Positions 37,187 through 47,061 of a DNA stretch of 64,000 nucleotides are shown one piece after another. Made by a program: the position numbers and the translations under genes. Each line of letters opens with the position of its first letter. The first letter of the stretch is position 1. Source of the DNA: Methanobacteriota archaeon. Lineage in GTDB: Archaea > Thermoplasmatota > Thermoplasmata > UBA10834. The notes beneath the pieces are model-generated. The model saw only the letters and a program-made list of their open reading frames with translations, searched no databases and was not told the origin of the DNA. The stretch lies in assembly GCA_020348345.1 (NCBI GenBank), contig CP070748.1:1293051-1357050 (forward strand), written 5' to 3'.

Positions 37187-38317
37187 ATGAAGATGGTGCT
37201 GTGGCGGATGAGCAGGACTGAAATCGACCAGGTCATCGATCAATCCACACAGAGGCTCCTCAAGGTCGCGACTCCGCCGGTGAAATTCTGGCTCTTAGTC
37301 TACATCATGCAGAAGGGACCTGAAGATCATGACGTGCAGAAGGCATTGGAAGAGTCCAGGCAATACAAACCCAGGGTTAGGCTACTTCGTAAGCTCAGGG
37401 AGGACGGAACCTGGCCAATCTCCGGGCCGAGAAAGGCTCAGGAGGACGCAGGCCCGGGGCCTCCCTACGGATGGACCTACATCACCATGCTCAGGAACCT
37501 CTATTGGCTATACGAGTACTGCGCTGATTCCGACGAAGGACACATAGAGGAATCGCTGGAGAAGATCCTGTCATGGCAGAGCGATGAAGGGTTCATCGAG
37601 GGGGCGGAAGCGGACATGATCCCGAGACCCTACTATAGTGGTTTTGCGCTGTCAATCCTGAGAGCGTTTGGGAAACGGCAATCTGATCCGAGAATCAGCC
37701 GATTGGCAGATTGGCTGTTTCGGATGCAACGTCGCGATGGTGGCTGGAACATCCCGTACATCCAGGATATGAGATATGATTCCGAGTACAAGTTCATGCG
37801 GTTGGAGGATTTCAAGGAGCTGGTACGTCAGGGGAAGACCAAGCCGTACCTCTCTGAAGATTACAACGACATCCCGAGCTGCTACTGGACCAGCATCAGT
37901 GCACTTAGAGGGTTATCCTGGATGCCAGACCACGGGCAGATACATGCCATAAAACGCTGCGGAGATTTCATTCTTGGTGGTTTCTTCAAGAGGAATCGCC
38001 ACCCGGGGTTCTACAGGTCCGAGGTTAACTGGACTATACTCAAATTCCCGACATTCTACGGCAGCGGATTGACCGCACTGGACCACCTGGTCAGCCTCGG
38101 CTTCGGACGGCAGGATCCCCGAATGGATGCGCCCATAAGATGGCTTCTCGGCGCTCGATCGAAGGACGGCTTCTGGTATCAGACTGACAGACCTCACGCG
38201 ATGAATGATCAATGGCTCACGGTGATGGCGCTGACCATACTCGCGTTCTATGCACGGGAACCCACGTCGACAATCGCGAACGCGCGAGAATCGCCGCTCG
38301 AGGCTTTCAGAGGGTGA
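37187..38317 (+). CDS. Hypothetical protein with prenyltransferase/terpene-cyclase-like alpha-alpha toroid repeats
   Basis: Recurring (D/E)G(G/T/F)W units: REDGTWPISG, SDEGFIEG, RRDGGWNIPY and SKDGFWYQ. Confidence 0.4.
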   Translation: MKMVLWRMSRTEIDQVIDQSTQRLLKVATPPVKFWLLVYIMQKGPEDHDVQKALEESRQYKPRVRLLRKLREDGTWPISGPRKAQEDAGPGPPYGWTYITMLRNLYWLYEYCADSDEGHIEESLEKILSWQSDEGFIEGAEADMIPRPYYSGFALSILRAFGKRQSDPRISRLADWLFRMQRRDGGWNIPYIQDMRYDSEYKFMRLEDFKELVRQGKTKPYLSEDYNDIPSCYWTSISALRGLSWMPDHGQIHAIKRCGDFILGGFFKRNRHPGFYRSEVNWTILKFPTFYGSGLTALDHLVSLGFGRQDPRMDAPIRWLLGARSKDGFWYQTDRPHAMNDQWLTVMALTILAFYAREPTSTIANARESPLEAFRG

Positions 38318-39464
38318 GCAGCTCCTCGCTGACCTCGAGATGCTTTGCCGGGAGTCGCGAGACATACTTCTCCGCCGGCAGCTGCTCAGGGACGAGCACG
38401 CCCTTGTCGGATATCTCGCCTGAAAGCATCATCTCGGCGGCGACCGCTCCTCCCGTCCCGACGACATAACCGGTGGCATTGCTCCTCGATATCTCGTATG
38501 CCTTCTCATGCGACATAGTCGTCCAGACCTTGATCATGACTCTCTGGCCGTCCTTCTGACCCGTGACCTCAACCACGATGCCTGCGAATCCCTTCACCTT
38601 GCCGATGAGGTCTACGGGTCTGGGCATCAAAGACACGACTACGTCGAGCGGGCGCACCATGACGCCTTTGACATCTACCGGTTTGAGGCTGTGCATGCCC
38701 AATTTCCTCAGGGTGTTGGCAACCCGAGCGAATCCATCATCAACGGCAATTCTGAAATCAGCATACTTCAATCCCTCAATGTACTGGGACATGAGATAGG
38801 TCTCCTCATGAATGGTGTTATACACCGGAAGCGGTCCGATAGGTTGCGGAAATTCGTATATCTGTCTCTCGTTGAGCGGAGGCACGTATGTGATCTTTCC
38901 GTCCTTGAACACGGCCGCTGGTACGGTCACCTCCTCCAGCATCTCGGCAGGAGACCACAGCGTGAAGAAGTCATACCCATCGGCCACCGCAGTGTCGCCG
39001 TCCATCACCCTCGCACTCTCTGCGCTGTCCAGCTTGTTCGCAGCGTACCGAGCGAACACGTCGGATATGCCAGGATCCGAGCCCATCGATGTCAATATGG
39101 TAATGCCTCGATCCTTGCTCTTCCCATCGACTTCTTCGAACTCCTCCATCGAGTCCACGGACATCGAGTAGTCTATGTAGCTCACGCCGATATCGACAGC
39201 TGCATTGATAACCTTCTTGTTCAGTTCCGCGGGAATAGAAGCGATCAGGAGGTCCGCGTCCTTCAGGAGCGCGCGCAACGCATCGGCGTCGGTTGCATCG
39301 ACCTTCTGCACGGATATCTTGCTGCTCTTCAACCTCTCCGCCATCGCCCCGGCGGCGTCGGTGCGGTTGTCAGCCAAAACAAGTTCGTTCACGAGTCCGT
39401 TCTTCTCAAGGTGTTCAGCGCACACAAGCCCAGTTATTCCACATCCTAGTTGCACCACTCTCAT
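38307..39464 (-). CDS. Saccharopine dehydrogenase family NAD(P)-dependent oxidoreductase (candidate carboxy(nor)spermidine dehydrogenase)
   Basis: N-terminal Rossmann motif MRVVQLGCGITG. Length and C-terminal domain are typical of the saccharopine dehydrogenase family. Confidence 0.7.
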   Translation of the reverse strand: MRVVQLGCGITGLVCAEHLEKNGLVNELVLADNRTDAAGAMAERLKSSKISVQKVDATDADALRALLKDADLLIASIPAELNKKVINAAVDIGVSYIDYSMSVDSMEEFEEVDGKSKDRGITILTSMGSDPGISDVFARYAANKLDSAESARVMDGDTAVADGYDFFTLWSPAEMLEEVTVPAAVFKDGKITYVPPLNERQIYEFPQPIGPLPVYNTIHEETYLMSQYIEGLKYADFRIAVDDGFARVANTLRKLGMHSLKPVDVKGVMVRPLDVVVSLMPRPVDLIGKVKGFAGIVVEVTGQKDGQRVMIKVWTTMSHEKAYEISRSNATGYVVGTGGAVAAEMMLSGEISDKGVLVPEQLPAEKYVSRLPAKHLEVSEELLTL

Positions 39465-39647
39465 TATGTCGAACCATCAGAGTTCCCATAATCACCATGG
39501 CCTATTAGATGTTTGCCTGGTCACTGATGATTTCGGCGTTATTCTCGACCTGACGCACAGGCGAATACGAATATCCTGAATGCAGTAGGCACACAAACCG
39601 ACAACGAGGGACGCAACACAGTTCTAGCAGTAAGGATATTCTCATGC

Positions 39648-41240
39648 ATGAACGGCCTCGCCCTCACCTCCCTCGATGGCGCAGACACGATCGGCGGCTC
39701 CAAACTGCTGCTCGAATGGGAAGACCACGGCGTGCTTCTTGACTTCGGCATGAATTTCACCAGAGCCAATAGATACTACGAGGAGTACATCAAACCCCGA
39801 GGAACTACCGGCCTCCTTGATCATGTCATGATGGGCACTCTACCGGATGTGAATGGTCTGTACAGGACCGATCTTATGCACCCTGACCTCGTCCTTGAAG
39901 GCAGGAAGGTTGAGAAGATCGATGCGGTCCTACTGTCCCACGGTCATATTGACCACTCGGGAGATATCGGATTTCTAAAGCGAGAAATTCCGGTCGCGGC
40001 AACAGCAATGACGGCGGCAATAGTCAAGGCGTCGCAGGACAGTTCGAGGAACGAGCCTGGGAAGGAGCCAGTTTACTTCTCAGAACGTTGTGTTAGGGAG
40101 ACGAGAGGCACGCAACTACTGTGCAGCGGAAGAGGAGGTGTCTTGTACCGAGACTATCATCTTCTTGACGAGCCGCCGACAGACGAACTCAGTAGGTTCT
40201 GGAGATTCGTACCCTCTCATGCGTTGAGGAAGAAGCCTGGGGCAACAGAGCTGATCCCGGGGCGCTTCGAGCACGGGCTCGAGAGCGTCGACTGCGAGGC
40301 ACTGCCCGTGGACCATTCGATCAAGGGAGCATGCGCGTTCATAATAGACACTCCCAACGGATGCGTAATCTATACTGGCGACCTGAGGATGCATGGACTC
40401 AGACACGGCACGACACGCGAGTTCGTCTCCAGAGCGAGAGCATCCAAACCATACGTCATGATAGTTGAGGGCACGAGGGTCTCGAAGGAGGATGAAGAGC
40501 CGAAGCATCCGAGCGTGACCGAAGAGGAGGTCAAGGAAACCGCCGACTCAATAATGGCAGACGTTGGAGGAGGGCTGGCAATAGCGGATTTCGGCCCCAG
40601 GAATATCGAACGACTTGAGATCTTCCTAGACGCAGCGCGCGAATCGCACAGGAAGCTGGCGATTACGGCAAAGGATGCATACCTTCTGCATGCCATGCAC
40701 ATGATCGATACGTCGATTCCTGTGCCAGGGGACGATATGCTCGTATACGACTCTCCCAAAGGCTCGACGGGGAAGTTCGAAGAGTGGGTCGTGGAGCACG
40801 AGTACACTGATTCCCTTGTTCGACCATCGGAGGTAGGAAGGTCACCTGGGGACTTCCTGCTCTCATTCAGTTTCTTCGATATGAAGAACCTCATAGACAT
40901 CAAGCCGAAAGGAGGACACTATATCTTCTCATCGAGCGAGGCTCATAACGAGGAGCAAATCATAGATTTCGTGCGTCTTGGCAGATGGCTATCGAGATTC
41001 GGCATCGAAGCGCACGGCTTTCGCATAGGCGATGACGAGAAGCCTGTCTTCGAGTCGAGCGACGGCCCACTACACGCGTCGGGGCATGCGAGCGCAGACG
41101 ATATCACGGAGATGGTTCGCGCAATAGACCCAGACGTGCTTATACCGGTCCATACAGAGAGTCCGAAATGGTTCGAGACCACCTTCTCTGGAGAACGCGA
41201 GGTCGTTCTCCCTGAACGTTGCAGAACCATAGAACTCTGA
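39648..41240 (+). CDS. Metallo-beta-lactamase / beta-CASP ribonuclease, RNase J-like
   Basis: LLSHGHIDHSGD (HxHxDH), YTGDLRMHG and PLHASGHASADDITEMVRAIDPDVLIPVHTE (the RNase J C-terminal motif). Confidence 0.6.
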   Translation: MNGLALTSLDGADTIGGSKLLLEWEDHGVLLDFGMNFTRANRYYEEYIKPRGTTGLLDHVMMGTLPDVNGLYRTDLMHPDLVLEGRKVEKIDAVLLSHGHIDHSGDIGFLKREIPVAATAMTAAIVKASQDSSRNEPGKEPVYFSERCVRETRGTQLLCSGRGGVLYRDYHLLDEPPTDELSRFWRFVPSHALRKKPGATELIPGRFEHGLESVDCEALPVDHSIKGACAFIIDTPNGCVIYTGDLRMHGLRHGTTREFVSRARASKPYVMIVEGTRVSKEDEEPKHPSVTEEEVKETADSIMADVGGGLAIADFGPRNIERLEIFLDAARESHRKLAITAKDAYLLHAMHMIDTSIPVPGDDMLVYDSPKGSTGKFEEWVVEHEYTDSLVRPSEVGRSPGDFLLSFSFFDMKNLIDIKPKGGHYIFSSSEAHNEEQIIDFVRLGRWLSRFGIEAHGFRIGDDEKPVFESSDGPLHASGHASADDITEMVRAIDPDVLIPVHTESPKWFETTFSGEREVVLPERCRTIEL

Positions 41241-41250
41241 GCGCCTCGAC

Positions 41251-42051
41251 TCAGGAGGCAAGAAGGCTGTACACCATCTCCGCTGCTGCGAGGTACATGC
41301 CGCCGGTGAATATCGTTTTCACCATCTTCGTCTTCAGCTTCTGCAATCCCCAGGCAGAGCCGACAAGAGCCATGATGAAGATGATGGGCGTGAGCGTCAG
41401 AGCAAGATCATAATGGATCGTGACGCCCTCGCGAAGGGCGTATGCAGCGAAGGCGGCAGGGGTAAGAATGGCGCCGACCAAGGCGGAGGTCCCAATTGCT
41501 TTGCGAGTCTCGAACCTGAACACGTAGATGATGAGCGGCACGCTAACGACACCGCCACCTATGCCGAAGCTACCCACCAGGAATCCTGTCAATACGCTCA
41601 CGCAGACACCGGCAACTCGCCTCGAGGAATCGGGCTTCGCCGATGTGTTGCTCCTCTGCTCCTTGCGATACATGTCGTGAAGCATCTTGGTCGCGACCAC
41701 GAGCAGAAGCGCAGCGAAGCCGAACTTGACCATACGTTCGTCGACGGTGGTGGTGAACAGAACACCAATCACGACACCGACAAGTCCGCCGGCGGCGAGA
41801 AACGATCCGAGCTTGAAGTCGACAAGCCCTTTCCTGCTGTGGCTGTATGTCGCGCTCGCCATCGTCACGAAGGCAAAACAGAGCGAGAGCGGTACGATCT
41901 CCTTCATCACGAGGCTAACGAACAGAAGGTCCATTATCGGGACGTAGAGCTGCCCTCCGCCCAGACCAAGATTGGAGTAGAAGAACCCGACCAATCCGAC
42001 GAGGGCGGCAACAATCACGAGCGAATCGGTCCCTACCAATTCGAATGCCAC
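41251..42051 (-). CDS. TauE/SafE family sulfite/anion exporter
   Basis: 266 aa, about 8 TM helices. LGLGGGQLYVPIM and GSFGIGGGVVSVPL are internal-repeat motifs of this family. Confidence 0.8.
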   Translation of the reverse strand: MAFELVGTDSLVIVAALVGLVGFFYSNLGLGGGQLYVPIMDLLFVSLVMKEIVPLSLCFAFVTMASATYSHSRKGLVDFKLGSFLAAGGLVGVVIGVLFTTTVDERMVKFGFAALLLVVATKMLHDMYRKEQRSNTSAKPDSSRRVAGVCVSVLTGFLVGSFGIGGGVVSVPLIIYVFRFETRKAIGTSALVGAILTPAAFAAYALREGVTIHYDLALTLTPIIFIMALVGSAWGLQKLKTKMVKTIFTGGMYLAAAEMVYSLLAS

Positions 42052-42223
42052 GAAGCGTGAGAAGCACCAGCTATGTATTAAACAGATATGATACTACAGT
42101 CGTTCGAACGAGTCGCCATGATGGCGAACCGTGTACGAGTGATTGCCCTTCCCATTCCACAATCCCCAAACGCTTTTATATTCCATGGCAATTCGTTCGG
42201 TTCGGTTCTGGGAGATAGGTGTC

Positions 42224-44020
42224 ATGAGAGTGCTGAGGGTTGATCTGACTGCAGAAGAGTTCGCTGACCAGGAGCTTTCGAAGGAGGTTGACCGAGCCTA
42301 CCTCGGAGGAAGAGGGCTCGGCGCCAGGTTGCTGTATGACGAGAACAGGCCCGGCATAGACCCCTTCGATCCCGAGAACAGACTGATATTCATGACCGGA
42401 CCATACACCGGCACATACGGCTCGTTCACTGCGTTCTACAACGTGACCACTAAGTCGCCCTTGACCGGCACGATACTCTCCGCCCATTCGGGCGGTCATT
42501 GGGGACCGATGCTGCGCAGAACAGGATATGATGGCATTGTGTTCACGGGGCGGTCGTCGGAGCCGGTGTACCTGTTGCTCAATGATGGTGGCCCCGAGCT
42601 GAGAGATGCGAGGACCCTCTGGGGCAAGGACGTGTTCGAGACCATCGACTCCCTCGAGGAGGCACACACGCGCTCGAAGGCAGCCGTTATCGGGCCCGCA
42701 GGAGAGAAACGCGTCAGGATAGCGGCAATCATGAACGATCATCACCGCGCCGCTGGCCGAGGTGGTGCAGGAGCGGTAATGGGCTCAAAAGGTCTGAAGG
42801 CCGTTGTTGTCCACGGCACCAAGGATGTGCCACAAGCAGATCCTGAAAAGCTGAGGGAGACCTTCAAAGAGGCAACGAGAACCGTCAAGGAGAAGTCGGC
42901 GGCCTTCGCAAAATACGGTACCTCGATGGTGGTGGGCATCACTGGCAAGGCTGGCGCTATTCCAACGAGGAATCTCCAGACAGGATACTTCCCAGATTTC
43001 GAGAGAATCGGGGGCGATGCTCTCATCGACAACCACTTCGTGAAGAACATGGCGTGTGCCAGATGTCCGCTCCATTGTGGTAACGCGACGAAGGCGGAGA
43101 AGGACTATCAGGCGGAGACGGAAGGACCCGAGTACGAAACACTCGCGATGTTTGGCGCCAATCTTGAGAACACTAACCTGGAATCGATCATAATGGCGAA
43201 CAACCTGTGCAACCAGTATGGCATAGACACCATCTCATGCGCTGACACGATCGCATGCGCTGTGGAGATGTTCGAAAAGCGGGTCATATCGGAGAAGGAC
43301 ACCGGAGGCCTCAGTCTGGCATGGGGCAACCACAGTTCGATGGTGAAGCTTGTGGAGCTTACCGGCAAGGCTGACGGATTCGGAGCGATCATCGGCGAGG
43401 GGTCGAAGAGACTGGCTGCGAGGTTCGGCAAGGAGGCCGAACAGTATGCGATGAACGTCAAGGGGATGGAGTTTCCGGGATACGACCCTCGAGGGATACA
43501 GGGGATGTCGCTCGCGTTCGCCACGTCCACCAGAGGCGCTTGCCATCTCCGAGCGACCATGTACGTTCCCGAACTGTTTCAGGGTGTCCTGGATCGCTTC
43601 ACCGTCAAGGGCAAGGCATCGACGCTCAAGGAACTCCAAGAGTTGTTCACAGTTCTCGACTGCATGGTCCTATGCAAGTTCGGTGCGAGGAATGCCTTCT
43701 CCAACTCTTGGGAGAACATGGTGATGCTCGTCAACGCGGCTACGGGCAGCGACTACACGGTCGAGCAGCTGAAGCAGGTAGGGGAGAGAGTATGGACGCT
43801 TGAGAGGATGTACAATTTGAGGGAGGGTTTCTCCAAGGAAGACGACACCCTGCCTGAGAGATTGTTCACAACTCCGATACACGACGGCCCATCCAAAGGG
43901 GCCGTGGTGGACAAAGAGGATTTCATCAACGAACTCGAGGCCTACTACGACCTATGGGGTTGGTCGAAGGAGGGCGTCCCGGGCAAGGAAGCTCTCAAGC
44001 GCCTGGGATTGTCTCTCTGA
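42224..44020 (+). CDS. aor: Tungsten-containing aldehyde:ferredoxin oxidoreductase
   Basis: MRVLRVDLT...YLGGRGLGARLLYDE N-terminus, CARCPLHCG cluster motif and about 600 aa in length. GGAG upstream of the ATG at 42224; the track ORF starts at 42143. Confidence 0.9.
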   Translation: MRVLRVDLTAEEFADQELSKEVDRAYLGGRGLGARLLYDENRPGIDPFDPENRLIFMTGPYTGTYGSFTAFYNVTTKSPLTGTILSAHSGGHWGPMLRRTGYDGIVFTGRSSEPVYLLLNDGGPELRDARTLWGKDVFETIDSLEEAHTRSKAAVIGPAGEKRVRIAAIMNDHHRAAGRGGAGAVMGSKGLKAVVVHGTKDVPQADPEKLRETFKEATRTVKEKSAAFAKYGTSMVVGITGKAGAIPTRNLQTGYFPDFERIGGDALIDNHFVKNMACARCPLHCGNATKAEKDYQAETEGPEYETLAMFGANLENTNLESIIMANNLCNQYGIDTISCADTIACAVEMFEKRVISEKDTGGLSLAWGNHSSMVKLVELTGKADGFGAIIGEGSKRLAARFGKEAEQYAMNVKGMEFPGYDPRGIQGMSLAFATSTRGACHLRATMYVPELFQGVLDRFTVKGKASTLKELQELFTVLDCMVLCKFGARNAFSNSWENMVMLVNAATGSDYTVEQLKQVGERVWTLERMYNLREGFSKEDDTLPERLFTTPIHDGPSKGAVVDKEDFINELEAYYDLWGWSKEGVPGKEALKRLGLSL

Positions 44021-44211
44021 CCGCGGTCGGAACCCACAAGCTGTTACGCCTGACGCAAAGGACATCGGTGCACTGATGTCATCAAGCCGGGCTGAAAGAG
44101 CTTGATTAACAGAGAAATGACAGGCTCTGACATGGCGAGTCAGTATGGATTATCAGAAATGATATCCGCCTCATAGCGATTATTAAGCCGTCACGGCGCT
44201 AGGCGAGGCAG

Positions 44212-45132
44212 GTGTGCCCTTTGATAGAAGCCAACGGCCTCTGCAAAGATTACAGGCAGATAAGAGCGCTCGACGACGTCAGCTTCAAAGTAGGAAGAGG
44301 GGAGATCTTCGGCTTTTTCGGCCCGAACGGAGCCGGCAAGACAACCTGCATAAAGGTGCTTTGCGGCCTCACCGAAGCCACTGGTGGCGACGCCTCGGTG
44401 ATGGGCATCACCGTCGGCAAGGCGCCGGTGCATGTCAGAGACAACATCGCGATATTGTCCGAGGAAAGCAGGTTCTACGAGGAGATGACGCCGAGGCGAT
44501 ACCTCAACATGTTCGGCAAGTTCATGCTCATGAAAAGGTCAGAGAGACTCTCTGCTTTGAACAAAGCGGCGGATCTGGCAGACATAAGATCGTTCATCGA
44601 CAGGAGGATTGCCCATCTGTCAATGGGGCAGCGGCAGAGGGTATCCCTCGCGAGGGTGCTTATGTCCGACGTCCCGCTCGTCTTCTTGGACGAGCCGTTC
44701 GAAGGCGTTGATATCATCCATCGGAAGAAGCTTAGGGAACACTTCAGAGAGTATGTCTCCAAGGGCAACACAGTGTTCTTCACGTCACACAACCTCATAG
44801 AAGCCGAGTACATCGTCGATAGGTTTGCATTCATTCATCACGGCAAACTCATTGCTGTGGGCACGGCGGAGGAGCTGAAAGAAAGATACCTCGCACCGTC
44901 TTATATGCTGCATGTCTCGGATCCTCAGAAAGCCAGGAAGGTCCTGGACGACAATCTCAGGCTTCAATCAATCAGCATTGTCGAGGGGAATGTGTCGGTC
45001 GTGCTCACAAGGAGGAGCCATGCCTCTGAGATCGCCAGACTGCTTATTCGTGAGAACATAGACCTCTACGAGATGAAGACCACTGGCACGATGGAAGAGG
45101 TCTTCGAAAGGACCGCAAGGGGTGATGTCTGA
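44212..45132 (+). CDS. ABC transporter ATP-binding protein (ABC-2 type)
   Basis: GFFGPNGAGKTT, LSMGQRQRVSLA, LVFLDEPFEGVD. GTG start. TGATG overlap with the next gene. Confidence 0.85.
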   Translation: MCPLIEANGLCKDYRQIRALDDVSFKVGRGEIFGFFGPNGAGKTTCIKVLCGLTEATGGDASVMGITVGKAPVHVRDNIAILSEESRFYEEMTPRRYLNMFGKFMLMKRSERLSALNKAADLADIRSFIDRRIAHLSMGQRQRVSLARVLMSDVPLVFLDEPFEGVDIIHRKKLREHFREYVSKGNTVFFTSHNLIEAEYIVDRFAFIHHGKLIAVGTAEELKERYLAPSYMLHVSDPQKARKVLDDNLRLQSISIVEGNVSVVLTRRSHASEIARLLIRENIDLYEMKTTGTMEEVFERTARGDV

Positions 45133-47009
45133 TGGAAGATGATATGCCCCCACCGCCCGAATTCGACGATGAATTGCCTCCGCCCCCAAGCGACATCGCC
45201 GAGGAGACGAGGCATTTCCCACCAATCAAGACGAAGAAATCGGGGGCGCTCGCCAGTGTGAAGCGAGCGCTGGTGATATTCGAGAAGGACATCAGAACAA
45301 TGGCCAAGCACGGCCTTATCAGCTCGATCATACTGTTCGTCTTTCTGATTATCATCTTCTCCATCATGAGTTTCTCAATGAAGCAAGCAATGAGTTTCGA
45401 TATTGGAGGCATGATGGAGGGCGACGATATCGACGTTCCGTGGGCGACGGAGGGCAACCCGCCAGTCGCAGATGCGGGGGATGACCGCTCGGTACCAGCA
45501 GGCACGGCAGTCACGCTTGACGCCTCAGGATCGACGGACGACGACAGAATCGTGCATTACGAATGGAATTTCAACGAACTCGACCGCAGAATCAGTCTTT
45601 ACGGCGAACGGGTGCAGTATACATTCTACTACATAGGTGAGTACGAGGTAACTCTGACTGTTGCCGACTTTTCAATCAACATGGCGGAGGACCGTGTCAC
45701 GATAACGGTGACCCAAGATGGCTCCGACAACGAAATGCCTCAGGCAGTTCTTCCGCCCGAGCTGGAGTGGGGCGCCTATGTCTCTGTCGGCACGACAATG
45801 GACTTCGACGGCTCCGGCTCCACCGATAACATCGGCGTGGTGAATTGGACCTGGACGTTCCAGGACGTGATACCAAGGGTGCTATACGGTGAAGAGGTAA
45901 GCTACACATTCTCACACGCAAGCCAGGGAGACATATGGGTGTCGCTGAATGTCAGGGACGCTTCGGGCAACTACCAGCAATACGGTTTCAGCGTTGCTGT
46001 GAACCCGCTCTACGAAGTGGAGGATTGGCCATGGGCCGATATTGATGACTTGGGCCTCGTTATCCTGGGCGACACAATAACACTCGACGTCTCTGATTCG
46101 AACGGCGGCTCGGGAGAGATTGCGGCATACACCTGGTACATCAAACACAATGCGACCTACACCGTGCTCAGCGGCGAAACTGCTGAGTTCACTCCGGAAG
46201 AGTGGGGTTTCTACGAGGTGATGCTCGTAGTCAGGGACGGGGCCGGCAATTACAACACTGCACACACTGGCACGATCGTGGCGCCTCCAGGCGTTGACGA
46301 CGCCAACGTCATCACATGGAGAAGCACACCTTTCGGCGTCGATGTCTCCTTCAACCTGCTCACCTACGCCTACGGGGTTGCGCTACTGTCATCGGTCATA
46401 TTCGTGGGTGGGCTGTTCGCGAAGGGCTACTCTCATGAAATCCAGAAGGGGACAATCAAGGTGCTGTTCTTCGGGCCGATATCAGTCACTACGACTGTAT
46501 TCTCTAAGATATTGTATCCGATAGTCGTCGGACCGTTGCTCATATTCCCCCTCGTGATGCTCTCGCTGTCAACCTTCGAGCAGGATCCTGGCGACATCTT
46601 CGTCATAACCCTCGTGGCGTACGTTCTCGCGGCGATGACAATGGTGGCTGCCGCATACGGTTCTAGCCTCATCTATGTGGTCGCGAAGAGGATGGTGCTT
46701 AAGCCGACGGTCATTTCGAGGATGTTCCTATACCTGTCGCTCTTGGGAACAATGACTGTGTTCGAATGGCTGTCTGTCGTCCTCGACTTGTGGCTGAAGG
46801 TCGACACGTACGGCAACATGTACGACAGTTACGGCGGAGCCGTCTCGCTGCTATCTCCGTTCCATCAAGGTGGGATCTACCTTTCCGGCCTGATATTGGA
46901 GACCTCTCAAAGCCCTGACTGGTGGGTGTTCGCGATACCGTTCCTGCTGATAGGCTTTGGAATCGTCGCGTCGAGGAAGCTGTACCCTGACCTGTTCTCA
47001 AGAGAATGA
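45132..47009 (+). CDS. ABC-2-like permease with three PKD domains inserted after TM1
   Basis: Pro-rich cytoplasmic N-terminus, then TM1 (LISSIILFVFLIIIFSIMSF). Three repeats follow of the form ...DASGSTDDD.IV.YEWNF / FDGSGSTDNIGVVNWTWTF / DVSDSNGG..IAAYTWYI (about nt 45459-46302). Five or more TM helices come after them. Confidence 0.65.
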   Translation: MEDDMPPPPEFDDELPPPPSDIAEETRHFPPIKTKKSGALASVKRALVIFEKDIRTMAKHGLISSIILFVFLIIIFSIMSFSMKQAMSFDIGGMMEGDDIDVPWATEGNPPVADAGDDRSVPAGTAVTLDASGSTDDDRIVHYEWNFNELDRRISLYGERVQYTFYYIGEYEVTLTVADFSINMAEDRVTITVTQDGSDNEMPQAVLPPELEWGAYVSVGTTMDFDGSGSTDNIGVVNWTWTFQDVIPRVLYGEEVSYTFSHASQGDIWVSLNVRDASGNYQQYGFSVAVNPLYEVEDWPWADIDDLGLVILGDTITLDVSDSNGGSGEIAAYTWYIKHNATYTVLSGETAEFTPEEWGFYEVMLVVRDGAGNYNTAHTGTIVAPPGVDDANVITWRSTPFGVDVSFNLLTYAYGVALLSSVIFVGGLFAKGYSHEIQKGTIKVLFFGPISVTTTVFSKILYPIVVGPLLIFPLVMLSLSTFEQDPGDIFVITLVAYVLAAMTMVAAAYGSSLIYVVAKRMVLKPTVISRMFLYLSLLGTMTVFEWLSVVLDLWLKVDTYGNMYDSYGGAVSLLSPFHQGGIYLSGLILETSQSPDWWVFAIPFLLIGFGIVASRKLYPDLFSRE

Positions 47010-47061
47010 GCGGGGCGAAGAAGGAAGAGGTTTGGACGGATCATCGGAGGGGACGCAGGAA

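Noticed and set aside
38508-39449. 313-aa plus-strand ORF antisense to the saccharopine-dehydrogenase-family gene
   Set aside because: Its composition is His/Arg/Val-rich and low in complexity. The minus-strand frame carries a Rossmann motif and family-typical length, so this is a shadow ORF.
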